A stretch of 64,000 bases of DNA from Octopus vulgaris (Eukaryota): positions 7,502,001 through 7,566,000 of the forward strand of contig OX597818.1 of the NCBI GenBank assembly GCA_951406725.2. The letters run 5' to 3'. A model generated the notes under the pieces. That model was not told the DNA's origin. It ran no database searches and saw only the letters and a program-made list of their open reading frames with translations. The position numbers and the translations under genes were made by a program. How positions within the stretch are numbered: the stretch's first letter is position 1; each line of letters starts with the position of its first letter. Of the stretch, positions 27,946 to 41,812 are shown in pieces.

Positions 27946-30900
27946 ACGTGACTGTGTGCTTACTCTGAACGCCGTTTGAGTCTTTGAATATAATTTCTAT
28001 TATATAAACATGTTTCATCCTGTTCGATGCATCTTAGAGTCACGACGCTCACCTAATATTCCGTTTGTAAAGATAATGCCATTAGACGCTGGTAACAACG
28101 TTACTCACAGAGCTAATAAAAATCCGAGCTACTACTAAAACCTGAAAGTAAATTAATATACTTACCGGAGTATTTCATGTGATAGTCTATCAACAAAAGT
28201 TTCGTGTTAGCTGTTATGATAAACAAATGTTAAATTTGCACGAGAGTATATTACGAGGAGAAATATTTTTCACACACACCTAATTTTTTGAGCTCTTGAG
28301 TTGTATTCCAGTAATACTTGAGAAAGTATGTGACGGAACTGATCACAACGTTTTAACAGGATATACGAAGAGATGTTGTTTAGGACCAATGCTCGTGTTT
28401 AGTAGCGACACACATTGTCGACTAGAAAAGAAATATGACTGTCAATGCCTCGTTATGTCACCCATCACCTATGATGATCTCTCCAAATATACCTAAGCGG
28501 ACGAGAATTTTGCATGTTGGTGCTTTAGATGAAGCTTTAGTGACAAACAAAACATTTCATCATACTCAGGAATCTAAAGTAGTCAGAGCTGTTAACATTC
28601 AATGAAATTATATGCTAGAACAACTTTGGGATTACTAGATGAAGCAGTTGAATAAATGCACTATTTGGATATCACGACAAGAAAAATGCTAAAAACGATG
28701 AATATATACTATATCAACAAGCGTATTGAGCAGATCCTCATTAACCGAAGGTTTAGAGCGAGAGGCAGAAGGTCTGTCAAGAGGTCATTGAAGAGCTGAA
28801 TCGTATCATTTACAAAGCACTAAAGGGACACTAAAGAGCACCAAAAGTTTAAATGCATATATTAATTCATTAGAAAAAGCAAACAAAACGGAGAAGCAAA
28901 TACATGAAATGTTTTCAGAGCTTTGTCACTTTGTTGGTGGTTGGCATCAAACCGGCTGAAAGAAACGCATATGTGTTTACGTATGTGAGAATGCATGCAT
29001 GTTGTGAAGAACTACGCTCGCGTGTGTGCGTATGACAGTTTACACGCACAAACACATATAGAATAAGATACAGTAAGGACAGTTGTATTTAGAGTAATTG
29101 TAATATTCATGCATTTTAAAATTTCTGAAAAGCATTGGCCATGTCAAATAAATAATCTTCAAACGTAGACTGAAACAAATTTACAGATTTAGTTTTCATT
29201 TAACTAATTTTTTTCTTATCAATATTTGATAAACTCTGTTTGCCAAATATTGAAATTTCTACTTCAATTTGTGGATTCGTATTTTGCATTGATCACCAGG
29301 ATGCTAGCATTGTTCTTTAACCATTGTTGTATGCATAGAACAATGGCGAAACGGTTGAATTGCTTGTAGTTACGTGGAGCTGTCTATAATCAAACTGTCT
29401 GTGGCTTTTAACCCTCTACAATGTTATATTGTCATCTCACTAAAATTACTTTCTCTATTTCCTTTCATTGTATCTCTACGTCATTTCTTCAATCTCTTTC
29501 TCTGTGACTCTCGAATCTTTCCTACACTTTTCTTTCACTCTTCCCCACTCTTTCTTTCTCTCTCTATATATATTTTATTATTTCCTTAATCTCTTTCTTA
29601 CCAACCCTCTTCATTTGTCTTACACTCCATGCCCTCTCCCACTCACTTTTTTCACATTGTCTTCATCTATCTCCTTTATATCTGTTTCACATTTATAACC
29701 CTCACTAGTTCTAAATCTTTAATATCTTTCTTTCATCATTCTCGCTGACTGCAAATTTATTTCTCTTCTCATCACTCTCTTCATCACTCTCCCTTGTACG
29801 ATTTGTGCATTCATCTAATTTGCCGTCTACGCTATTTCTATTACTCCACAATACTTTCATTCTTCACCAACTTTTCCCTTTTAATGGCCTCCAGCGAAAT
29901 TTACTTCTGACAAATTCTCAGAAAATATGTAATTTCTACCAATTCCCTAGATTATTTGTCAGCGTGTTTTCTTCAATAAGGTCAAAAGTTACCCGTTTTA
30001 CTTTACTGTTGATTAGCAATAAAATTCACAAAAATTATTCCTACATACAAAATGCAGTGATTGGTACCCTCAGGAAAAACGGCAATATATTATTGAGTAT
30101 TTCTGTAAATAATTAAATTCATTTCGATCTCTTACTACTTCGAATTTTATCGGCTTCGGAAGGATGAAAAACCAAAGTTCACCTCTCAGTAAAATTTCTA
30201 CTCATTGAAACAGAACTGATCAGTACAGTACAATCAGGTCGCCATTCCACATGACGACTATATTTTTACAGGATATAAAATGGATGAGGCAAAATATTTA
30301 AAAATAGAGTTTAAGAAGTTATAACTCCAGTGTATCTTTTATTTTGACTGTCACCGTAAGGAAGGTGTTTTGTTCCCTTGCGTGATAACCTTATTTCTGT
30401 ATCCTATGATTTCCATCTTATTGTTATAGAGGTCAACATGTTTATCTTTATTCTTTAGTATTATTACGGTGTTTACTTGAGTTAAGCATGTTCTTTGTTC
30501 TTACAAAGTATTTTAATGAGACAGAATGTTATACTGCTCCGTATCAAGTGATGTAATATAGTTATAAAAGCTACGAGATACTTTCATCACGCTGCTCTCG
30601 ATTTGAATCTGTATACGAAATTTCTTTACATAACTGCTGAGACGTCGCATTTCAGTTATTGATGAACCTCACGATTTCAACATGATATCTGACATATTAC
30701 ACGAATATTAACAATATATGTTTATCGGTCAACAAATACATCTTCACAAAGACTGGGAAAATGAAAATGTAGTATCTTTCCAAAATGTACTAATAGCAAA
30801 AGTGGATGGCATAGAAATTATTTGATGGAGTTGGCAGGATTATTATTAGATTAATATTAGTGGAAAATTCATATACGTGGCATTTTCGTGCGCCCTTGCA

Positions 30901-32387
30901 CTGTGTAAAGTAACCAACTAATTTTATTTGAAAACTACCGATGTCGTAAGAGGGAATACAGTATGTACGTGCGTGTGTACAAACACACGCACACACATAC
31001 ACACACATACACACACATGCACACACACACACACACACACACACCACTCAATCTAAATTTACACAAGAAATTGTATGAAAACTTTGCGTATTTATCAGAA
31101 ATTTAGTTTAAATTGAATGCTATATTTCATATGAATATTCTTCGACCAGTCTGTTAGCCGTACAGGTGTATTTATAAATGTCCTTTGCTTTCATTTAGCA
31201 TTTAAGCAAATTATATTAGCAGAATTTGTGTTAATGTACAAGATATTCCATTGATCTTCTTATAGTCTAATTCTTTTCAAAACATTAAGTAATCAACAGC
31301 TTTTAAACGTTTATAAAAGACGGTAATAGAAAGTGTTGTTTCCATTTACAATCATTGCATAGAACAACTTATATTCTATAGTGTGTACACAAATGATATA
31401 CTTGGTATATAAAATTACTAATATTTACTATTTATTAGCACAATTGTCTCCATATAACACATCTAAGTTGAAGATAATAATATATATTAATTATACATCT
31501 GTTCTTAACTACGACATTGTTTTGATATTTGGTTTACATGTGATGCGTTATAAATCACGATAATCTGGAAATTTATGTTTCTCTCAAAGCGCATGAGAAT
31601 TATTGTTAGAAATGAACTAAAAAATAAAAGAATCAGCTACGTGAATTTGAAATAATTGTCATGTGTGTATTTAATTTAATTTAGATGTGGGACAAATTAC
31701 TGACACCGAACGGTTGGTAAAAAGTGAATAGGAGTTGCAAGCATTTCCGAAAAATAATTTGGAAAACTATAAATAAAAATGTTATAATAGAGTAAGACTA
31801 TGTATGTATGTATGTATGTATGTATGTATGTATGTATGTATGTATGTATGTATGTATGTATGTATGTATGTATGTATGCATATATGTATGTGTGTCTCTT
31901 CTATTTTTTTATTATTATAATAAATTCTCCACTCATGAATGAGCCGGTTTCCATCAATGATACAAGGTTCCATATTTGGGATGTAGTTAACACAGACAAA
32001 TTCACATTTTGAACTTAAGAAAAGTCTTGCATATTTTTAGTGTTCCACTCACAGATTGCACTTGTAATGTACGAATTAGACAGTCGATTTCTCTTTCGAA
32101 AATCCCAGTTTATCCAGATTCTCCTTTAAGCATTTACTAACAAAACCTAGTGCTCCAATTATTATTGGGGTGAATATGAATTCATAGTCTGGATATAGAA
32201 GCTGGAAGTTTCGAAGCTTGTTCATCAGGTACTTTGTATGAATGTATGTATGTATGTATATATGTATGCATGTATGTATATGTATATATGTATGCGTATA
32301 TATATATTTATGTGTGCATGTGAGTGTGTGTTTGCTTGCGTATACATATGTATAGACATATATACATCAAAATAAAAAATGTAAGGC

Positions 32388-32428
<41 letters not shown>

Positions 32429-32999
32429 TCAAGACAGAGCACATATGATGCTCTTAAGAAATAAAAGGAACTTTTCAAGTCACACTTCCCTTATTTGATC
32501 ACTTACATATTTTGATTTATCTGCGTCTATCGAGATTTAGATTATCCAATTTGAATTTGAAATTGGTTGCGAGGTCTCTTTTGTAATGTGTACGAATGAA
32601 ATTTCCTTCAATATGTTCTAAAAATTCAGTCCACATACATTCAACGTCAATTCAGATAAATAATATATTTGATTAAAAGGAGTAATAAAATGTAAAAATA
32701 ATTATGAATCAATTAATGAAATGTATAAATGCTACATTTGAGGAACAGTTACTTCCCTGATTCTTCTCAAGAATGCAATAGATATTTGAAGTTATTATTT
32801 AAACTCATGTACTTATTTATCTATTTATTTATTGTGTGCTGAAGCTCCACCCCTGTAATGTTCAGTAATTTCATCTGTTCTTGTAATATGGTGCAATTAC
32901 GAAAACTTGTTCATTAATTAGAACCTGGTTGTTCTTAGTTTATTACGTTCGAAATTGCGTACGTTCGAAAATGTCTCTTCTTTGCTACATCGCTCCTTC

Positions 33000-34740
33000 A
33001 TTCTTATGTTTCACATTTACATAAGTGCTTAAGAAATTATAAAAAAAGTATAAAAAACGTAAAGAATGAATTCCGAACGTACGGCTTCGTCGTCCAATAT
33101 AGCTTCAAAACATCGATGATAATGGAGGTCTCTATTAACAACAACGCATTAAATCATTTCATCTTAAGAGCATATGCAGATTCCTTATTGTATTGAACAT
33201 TTCTGTCAACTTTGTATATTGTCTCCCAATATTTTCAGAAATGAAAGTGACAATCAGAAATAAAGTATTAGCAAAACCCAGTCATGATGGCTTTGTGTGT
33301 AGATTCTTGGAACACATTATGCAAAACCTTATCTGCTATGAATATAATTGTTATTTATTTAGCAGTGAAACGTATACGTTGAAACAATGACACAGTAATG
33401 ACTATTTGAAATATAAATATTTGGTTCCAAAGATACGGTGATGATATAAGTGTCCAACCCAGAATTAGCAGCCATTTTTAAGCCGTCCATGCCGTTCTCT
33501 GTTGCAAACATAAAGATTGATGCCTGGCCTTTGCTACACTATCGAATGCTTAGTAATATCTATATGCTGTGAGTCAATGGGCAGACAAAGACAAAATGCA
33601 ACTGAATGAGGGAAAATTTGAGCTGATGCATTTTGGAAGAAATTCCTCACTAAAACAATCATACTCTCTTCCTTCAGGGGAACCGCTCACAGCCTCTAAC
33701 AATATCAGAGACCTGGGTGTAATTGTCTCAGTTGGAGTGCACACATCAACAAGAAGGTCGATATAGCTCGTAGGATGAGTTCCTGGATCTTAAGAACTTT
33801 CCGGTCCAGAGAACAAGGTGTCATCATACCTCATTTTCCTCCTTTGTACGGCCACACCTTGAATACTGCTGCCCACTGTGGTCTCCCCATACAAGTCAAA
33901 ACATCTCCAGAATTGGGTCACCCCAGAGGGCACTCACTAAACGAATTGAAGGCATGGTTGCTCTCGATTATTGGGATCGCCTTAAAGCCTTGAAACTTTA
34001 CTCCCTCCAGCGTCGCCGTGAGCGGTACATCATTTGTACGATGTGGAGAATATACCGCTAACTTTGCCCAAACGACCTTAACATTAGCTTCAAGGTTCAT
34101 CCAAGACTGGGACCACGGGCCATACGTCCCCTGCCCAATTCAAGATCACAACATACATGTACACTGCAACATAATTTCTTTTCCTCAACAGGCCCTGCCC
34201 TATTTAACATTGTCCCGATGGAGATCAAAGAGGAAAAGGATCCCATCAACTTTAAACGGAGTCTGGATAGATTCCTTCAAAGAATATCAGATAAGCCACC
34301 CATAATTGGATACAACTTACCCAACAAGAACTCACTACTTGAACAAAACTTGACTTCAACTAAACTTGACTTAAACAGGATTCGAATAATCCTATCAGGT
34401 GGTGCTATTAAGATAGACATGGCCTGGACCAATCTTTGGTCGAAACATATCTAAGTTTATCTAAGTCTAAGTTTATCAACTGCTTGGAAGAAACGTGAAA
34501 GTATCGGGAAATTCACGAGTTCCATATACAGGAATCATAAAAGAATCATTTCTCCAACTAAGAGAAAGTTTTGGCATAATTGTTACTTTTTGCTACGTTT
34601 CATCTTCTACTGTAGCTACTGAATTACGTGAACGTGTAGCTTCTTCAATTTTAATTGATGAAGGTATACAATAAGTAGGTTCCTTTGATTCATTCGTTGC
34701 ACTTGATGTTGGCTGCGTTTGTTGTTTGCAGGGAGGCATA
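33000..34740 (-). mobile_element. Ancient Mutator-like (MULE) transposase fossil interrupted by a CR1 LINE
   Basis: Minus-strand pieces in MULE order: SIFMFATENGMDGL, VYVSLLNK, AIMTGF (cf. DFE), DCHFHF (cf. GCxFH), QYNKESAYALKMK*FNAL, FEAILDDE..EFILY. The part right of the LINE (34480-34740) is less certain. Confidence 0.6.
33555..34477 (+). mobile_element. 5'-truncated CR1-type LINE (RT C-terminus and 3' UTR)
   Basis: QWADKDKMQLNEGKFELMHFG, IRDLGVIV, SWILRTF, FVRPHLEYCCPLWSPH, LDYWDRLKALKLYSLQRRRERY; (ctaagtttat)-type tail; decayed TSD tatcgaatgcttag / tatcaactgcttgg. Confidence 0.92.
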
Positions 34741-36223
34741 ACATTCTTTCCAGGTCAGAAGAGAAAAATTTATCTAAGAAATAGTGATCCAAAGGCATAA
34801 AAATATTCCTACAACTAGTTTTATGGTGTTACACTGGCAAAATCTATTGTTTTCATCCCTATCTCTTTAAAAATTAATGTCAAAGCTATTATATAGTAGA
34901 AATAAAGGATTAAAATTCACGTACTTCAACTTGATATAAAGAAAGTTTTGTAATTCTTATTTTATGGTGAGGACAAATGATATTGAAATTTAATATTACT
35001 TTTCACCAGGTTGTCTAAATTGTTCCTGCCCTTAATATACTATATTCTATAATTATTATTTTCCCTTACATTTGTTAGTATTTACAAGTGTTTTTTTTCC
35101 GAATCGTCTGCATTAATCTTCGTCATAAATGATATAGGGGCGTCTTTGAATCTAATGATAATCAGAATATCCCATTCTTTGTCTGTTAAGGTGATTGACT
35201 GACACTGAGTTTAAAATATTGACGAGACATTTTGCAGGGTTACACTCGAAAATTTGCATTTTGGTCTCAAAGCTTGTCAAGATCATCATTGGCATCCATA
35301 TTTGAGGTTTAGTTATTGAAGATAGCAACGTATTAGTTAAATGCTAAGACTGATATAATCTAGCGTAATTTGCGTTTCAGTTTAGAAACAAATTCTTTAC
35401 TTTAAGTGTGAATTTTCAATGAAAGGAATTCATTATGCGGAATCTTTGTGAGTCGTTTTTCAGGGCTTCGATTTTTACAGATTCTCATGTTACTAGTTAT
35501 TGGTAGTTTTCTCTTGTGAAACAAAAGTATTTTTTCAATTAGAATTTAACATAGTCACCAAGGAATGTTATGCTTACTAGTTAAATTCTGCACATTCATT
35601 GTGAAGAAAGGATGTCTGACGTGACAGTGTGTTCTTGCAGATACTTGATCGCGAGTTCGAATTAATTTCAAATTTATACATCTATTTTAGTATGTAAAGC
35701 GTGTAAAAGTTGCAGTATGTGTATATAAGTGTGTGTGTGAGTGTGTTTACACACACATATACATGTATACATATGTGTGTATAAATATGTATATATATTT
35801 ATGCAAACCCACCAAATATATGTCTGTGTGTGTATGTGCACGTGTACAAAAATATGTAAATATTGTTTTTCATTTTACTAGTTCTGTGCGATCGCTTATG
35901 TATTGCTACCTAGACTTCGAATAAAAATGTGTTGAAATAAGTTCAGACGTTTGTAATTGATGTGACAGAGGATTTGTATCTTGATTATGGAAAGGCTTCA
36001 ATTCGTTAATACTTTCAGTTCACCTTCCATGAATCAGTGCAAGTAATCGCTCGAATATTTAGATTTGTTCACGTACCAAGGATCATTAAAAGAGAAACGA
36101 TGCTTCGTTAACTGAATTTTCTTAATAAATACCGTAATAAACTGCCAATACTTTTCCGTAAAATAGCGTCGTAGAAATAGGCATGCCTTACAATATATAT
36201 ATATGTATATATATATGTGTGTG

Positions 36224-36268
<45 letters not shown>

Positions 36269-36312
36269 TGTGTGTGTTTGTTTGTATGTATGTATATACA
36301 TACATTTATATG

Positions 36313-36406
<94 letters not shown>

Positions 36407-36430
36407 GCATATATTTGTGCGCGCGTGTAT

Positions 36431-36628
36431 GTTTGTCCACCACCGTTGATTGACAACCGATCCTTGTGTGTATATGTACCCGTAACTTAGCGGTTTGGCA
36501 AAAAGATGCAATAGAATAAGTACTATGCTTACAAAGAATAAGACTTGGTGTCGATTCGTTCGACTAAAAGCGGTTTTCCAACATGGCAGTATTCAAATGA
36601 CTGAAATAAGTAACAGAATCAAAGAATA
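36431..36628 (+). mobile_element. SINE family A, 3' half
   Basis: gacaaccga..cccgtaacttagcggtttggcaaaa..gaataagtacta..caaatgactgaaa. Confidence 0.85.
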
Positions 36629-36645
36629 TATATATAATATATAAA

Positions 36646-37082
36646 TTAGAGAAAAAAACTCTATTATGCAATTCAAACAATGATAGACATAAACCAAATC
36701 ATAAATAAAAACTTTTTTTTATAACATAACTTGATCGCAAAAAGTTCGAAAAGGAATAAAAAAATATATAATAAGTAAATTACTTATATATTACTTATTA
36801 TATATTGTTTATTCATTTTTGTACTTTTTATGATGCAGCACGGATTTTTGTCAGTGAACAGGTCGCGGATTTTAGCGACGAAAATATTTTGACAAATTAA
36901 ACTTAAATGTTGAAGTGAATCGAACGGCTTTTGTGTGTTTCTTAAATAGCTTACAAACACATTCCACGCTGCAATTGTATGATCTAGTTATATGTTTTAT
37001 AAAAATATATATGATTTTTTATTTATGATTTGGTTTATGTCTATCATTGTTTGAATTGCATAATAGTGTTTTTTTTCTCTAA
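36646..37082. repeat. AT-rich foldback with about 65-bp inverted arms and an internal palindrome
   Basis: ttagagaaaaaaactctattatgcaattcaaacaatgatagacataaaccaaatcataaataaaa is mirrored at 37016-37082; second hairpin at 36730-36835. Confidence 0.85.
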
Positions 37083-37263
37083 TATATATATTATATATTG
37101 ATTGATTGATTGATTCTAGTTTCAGCTTATGAGCTGTGGCCATGCTGGGGCACCGCCATTTATTATATATTTGTATTATATATTATATATTATATATTTG
37201 TATTGTAAAATTTGATTTCATACTAAATTGAATTCTTCTCTGTAAGTTTGGAGTTATACTCCC

Positions 37264-37333
<70 letters not shown>

Positions 37334-37334
<1 letters not shown>

Positions 37335-37661
37335 TATGTTTGACTTTTGCTTTACATTTGCACAAGCTGGCTCCAAGTCTCACCCAGAAACCTCAAGAGA
37401 CAACAAGTTGGAATTTTATGTTGGTGTTATGCCTAGGGTGTTATGCCTAGTGAATGCCTAAAAGACCATACGAAAATTATATTTGTTTTAAAACTTGAGA
37501 TTACAAAGAAAGTATTTTGCGTAGGATATGAGCAGTTCCCATGATCACTATCTGTTGAATTTCTGCCATTTTGGGGTTTCCTGGTATCTGTGTTAGGTAG
37601 CAATCAGCCCCTTTTGCTATCATTCCCAGGGCACCTATGACAACAGGTATTGTTTTAGTCC

Positions 37662-37662
<1 letters not shown>
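37334..37662 (-). mobile_element. 5'-truncated R4/Dong-clade non-LTR retrotransposon inserted in (TAA)n
   Basis: TKTIPVVIGALGMIAKGADCYLTQIPGNPKMAEIQQIVIMGTAHILRKILSL* (C-terminus of restriction-like endonuclease, stop 37501-37503); (ATT)n arrays on both sides. Confidence 0.88.
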
Positions 37663-37728
<66 letters not shown>

Positions 37729-37966
37729 GTTATTATTATATCAAGAAAGATACCGAAGAAGTACCACCATGCCAGAAACAATCAAAACTGACTCTAAATC
37801 ATAAATTCATATAACATAGGTGAACAGATAAATGAACAAAGAAATTAGCAAAAAATGACTGGATTAGAAACATAATACTTTGCCTCCAACAGTAGATATA
37901 TACCAATACTAGTATATAATCACAAATATATGCGTACATAATACATACATACATACATGCATACAT

Positions 37967-38045
<79 letters not shown>

Positions 38046-38268
38046 ACATTCGAACATTGACATACTTATATATGCACGTATAAATCTAATTTGTTCTTCC
38101 GACCGACACCCTGTGCTATATGGTCAAAATACCACCGCAATAAATATGATGAAACGGAGCGAATATATATACATATATAAAAAAGTTAAGACCATTATTT
38201 AGAATAACGATCATATCCAGTGCTCAGCATGAAAAAAAAACGTATACGTAATAATTATTATAGATATC

Positions 38269-38410
38269 TCTTTCTATATAAACGGCAGTTTGTCTCTGTG
38301 TGTTTCTGTGTGTCTGTTTGGTTGTACCCTCACCCTGACCACGGCTTTCAACCGATTCTGATGAAACTTGACACACACATAGCCCAATGTCATAATTCAA
38401 AACTAACTAT
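38269..38410 (+). mobile_element. Helitron-like 5' terminal fragment
   Basis: tctatataaacggcagtttgtc..(tgtc)n..aaccgattctgatgaaacttgacacacac resembles non-autonomous Helitron 5' ends; recognised from memory. Confidence 0.45.
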
Positions 38411-39096
38411 ATATACACACACACATACAAACACGCCTTAACCCCATATATAGGCATGCACACATACGTATTCATGTTGCACTATGGACTTAAATTCTTC
38501 TATGATTACGACATCCAATTAAATCATGTTCGCATAAATATTGAGAGAATTATTAAAGGTGAAGATCACACTATAAATAATAACTTGGTGCCTATTATAT
38601 ATTCACCGTTTTTTTTATGTACGAATTTCTTCTGTTTCTGAGATACAATATGTAATTAATGAAATGTTGTAGGCTGTATCAATCTTCATAGCATCTTTCA
38701 TTGCATTATTTAAATAAAAGTATATATATTTTATTTAACTACTTGACGTGCTTATGAAGTGTCTATACATTTAGTAATACAATGAAACCATCGGTCTTGA
38801 AACAAATATGGCATAGAGATATGTGAATGAGGACTGACTCCAATTTCTATTTCATCGGAAGTAGCAATTTAATTTGGTGTCATTCAAGGAAACCGGTGAT
38901 TTTCAATTACTAGCAGTAAGGCGTGGCATTTGTCACTCTGTATCAACAGTTCATATTATTCACACAACTGCGCGGCGTAACAATTAATCAAATGGGATAT
39001 TCACACGCTTACGTCATCACACACTGGTAATACACATATGTTTTATATATATATATATGCATTAGCTTTTAATAGATCAAAATATTATTGGGAAGA

Positions 39097-39305
39097 GGCA
39101 GTGAAGTGGCCGACACGTTAGCACGCCGGTTAGCGGTATTTCGTCCGTCTTCACGTTCTGATTTCGAAATTTTGCGTGGTCGATTTTGCTATTCATCCTT
39201 TCGGTGTCAAGAAAACAAGTCTCAGTTCATTATTGGAGTCGATGTGATCAACTTATCCCCTACTCCGAATTTGTTGGCTTTGTGGCAAAGTTTGAAATCT
39301 ATATT
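39097..39305 (+). mobile_element. SINE family B, diverged
   Basis: ggcagtgaagtggccgacacgttagcacgccgg..ttcatcctttcggtgtc. Confidence 0.8.
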
Positions 39306-39571
39306 ATAGCATAGGATGAGATTTTGTATCCTTCATATAAGTCATAGAGGAGATAAAGAAAAAAAGAGGAAAAAAGAAGGAAAGAGAAAGCAAAAAGACT
39401 TTCAGTGATGACCACACTGCACCTTTTTTTTTTGAAGAGTTCACCAGCCTTAAACCCATTCCAATACAATGGTAAATGACTAAATAAATAAGTGAATGGT
39501 GAATAGGAAGGGGATCATTCTTCTCTCCCTCCCTCTAACTATCTATCCATCCATCCATCCATCCATCCATC

Positions 39572-39650
<79 letters not shown>

Positions 39651-39887
39651 CACCTATATTGCTATTTATCCATCTCCATTGTCATTGGAATCTCACCTCA
39701 AAAATATAAAAAAAACAATGTTATCTTCTTCTAAACAAGGTCTCCAAAAATCTTGTTTCATATAAATGAACAAGCTGTTTGTACATTCACAAAATTTTAA
39801 TGGACAAGTTCGGGAAACGAACGAAAGCGCTAATAACAATGAAGAAATAAAAATATTTTTTCCAAAATTCCATCGACATTTTTCTCA

Positions 39888-39922
<35 letters not shown>

Positions 39923-40215
39923 AATACATACAATTGTGTATTTGAATGATTGTATGACAGCACGAATGCGTACATTTGTCGAATATTTATTTTTAGAAAG
40001 TAGGAAACTGAAAGCAACAACTTTTAAGAACTTTGCTTACTGTGAGTGTAGAATGCAAGAAAACCCTGATTTTTAGCTACGGCTATAAAATATCCGACAT
40101 TCTTCCACATACTTTATTTCGCAAGGGTTAATTCTCTTTCAGGGTGTAGCAAAGCACTGGGTAAATATGCCAATAATAGGATACTATTCTCAGACACACA
40201 GACACAAACACACAC

Positions 40216-40284
<69 letters not shown>

Positions 40285-40417
40285 AATAGAAATTTTATAA
40301 AAATTTTAAGTAGATTTTACTCTGTTACTGCATTCACTACGTAATATTTAATACCATGTGAGAGAAACGCGTGAGCGCGTTTATCGGCCGATAAACGCAC
40401 TCACACAAATCACCCCA

Positions 40418-40466
<49 letters not shown>

Positions 40467-40779
40467 CGTCACCAGAAAGGCTCGACACCGTCATAAGGGC
40501 ATATATATATATATATTCAATGTTATTTAAAAGATACATACTTATTAGGGACTTCCGGCAACGCATGCGCAATTATATACAGTAACCTCTTTTACACTGG
40601 TACCGCTCTGTGTGAAATTTTTTGGTGAATTGCATCGTATTTTTAGGAGTTAAGTTTAGCTTTCATGTGTCATGCCTTATTATTTTCTTGTTCAGCCGCA
40701 TTAAAACCTGATCTACATATGTTAGATGATGAAAATTGTCTCTATTTAGCCTTTTCTAATTTACATTTATATAGCATAT

Positions 40780-41090
40780 TGTTATATTTCGGCACGGGCA
40801 TTTTTCTTTGCCTAATAAACGCATGCACTTCATATTCGTTTTTTACTTCAGATATATTTTTTTTATTCTTCTCATCTTATGCTCTATGTATGGAAATGTT
40901 TCGTCACAGATCCTGTGACCTCTTCAGTGACTGTCTATAACAAGTCACAGGATGTGTGACGGAAGATACCTAGCCATAAGACATAAAATAAGATCAATGA
41001 TAAAATTATCTGAAGTGAAGAATGAATATATTGTGCGTATGTTTACTAGGCAAAACACTAAAAATAACCATCACAAAATATAACAATATC
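40780..41090. repeat. Diverged inverted duplication with a hammerhead core at the centre
   Basis: Arms mirrored about 40930. Minus strand 40895-40927 reads CTGAAGA g gtcacag-gat-ctgtgac GAAA catt; stem I not recoverable. Confidence 0.6.
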
Positions 41091-41540
41091 TGTTTAAACA
41101 CACGATTTTACGTCAAGCACATTGAAAAACGAATACATAAACGTAAAAATGTATATAGCATTTAAGTATATTTTAGCCAATGGGTTCTTCGTTCACGGGA
41201 GGATACATTCAGAGCTGTGGGGGAATTGGTACTCATATCTATCAAGAAAATCGGTCAGTAGGTGGTATAACTTTTAGTCCTATCTAATATAGACATTCCA
41301 TTGTTTTCGAAGCGTTTCTAATAATGGTGCCGTGTCTGAAAATTGCATACCCTGAAATTGAGTGTTGCTTTGCCTGTCTGTTTCAAATTTTCTATGTAGC
41401 ATGGAAATCGGTAGAATATATTTTTCGTTCTATGTTAAAGAGATGAGGAATTAAGTACATTATTTACATTATTTACAATTTACGCCTTAGTGGTTAAAGA
41501 GCGCGGGCTGCTAACCGGGTTCGATTCCAGGCAGTGACTG

Positions 41541-41602
41541 AATAATAATAATTAAAAAAAAAAATAATAATAATAATGATGATGATGATGATGATGATGA
41601 TG

Positions 41603-41690
<88 letters not shown>

Positions 41691-41720
41691 CAACAACAAC
41701 AACAACAGCAACAATAACAA
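41541..41720. repeat. (AAT)n(GAT)n(AAC)n trinucleotide array
   Basis: Directly visible. Confidence 0.95.
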
Positions 41721-41766
41721 CGAAAACTACATTAGGAAATAGAACCCAGGTTCGAAATTTCCCCAA

Positions 41767-41812
41767 GACACCTGATAAAGGTTGGAGGGTACATCAGTCG
41801 AAACGTAGTGTT
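41767..41812 (+). ncRNA. Degenerate type I hammerhead motif (G8A)
   Basis: gacac CTGATAA a ggttg-gagggtacat-cagtc GAA acgt a gtgtt. Confidence 0.6.

Noticed and set aside
27985-28045. Additional hammerhead (ctaagatg..gaaacatgt on the minus strand)
   Set aside because: The core is incomplete and stem I does not pair.
28600-28800. Very old RTE-like 3' fragment
   Set aside because: Only faint peptide resemblance; cannot be supported by eye.
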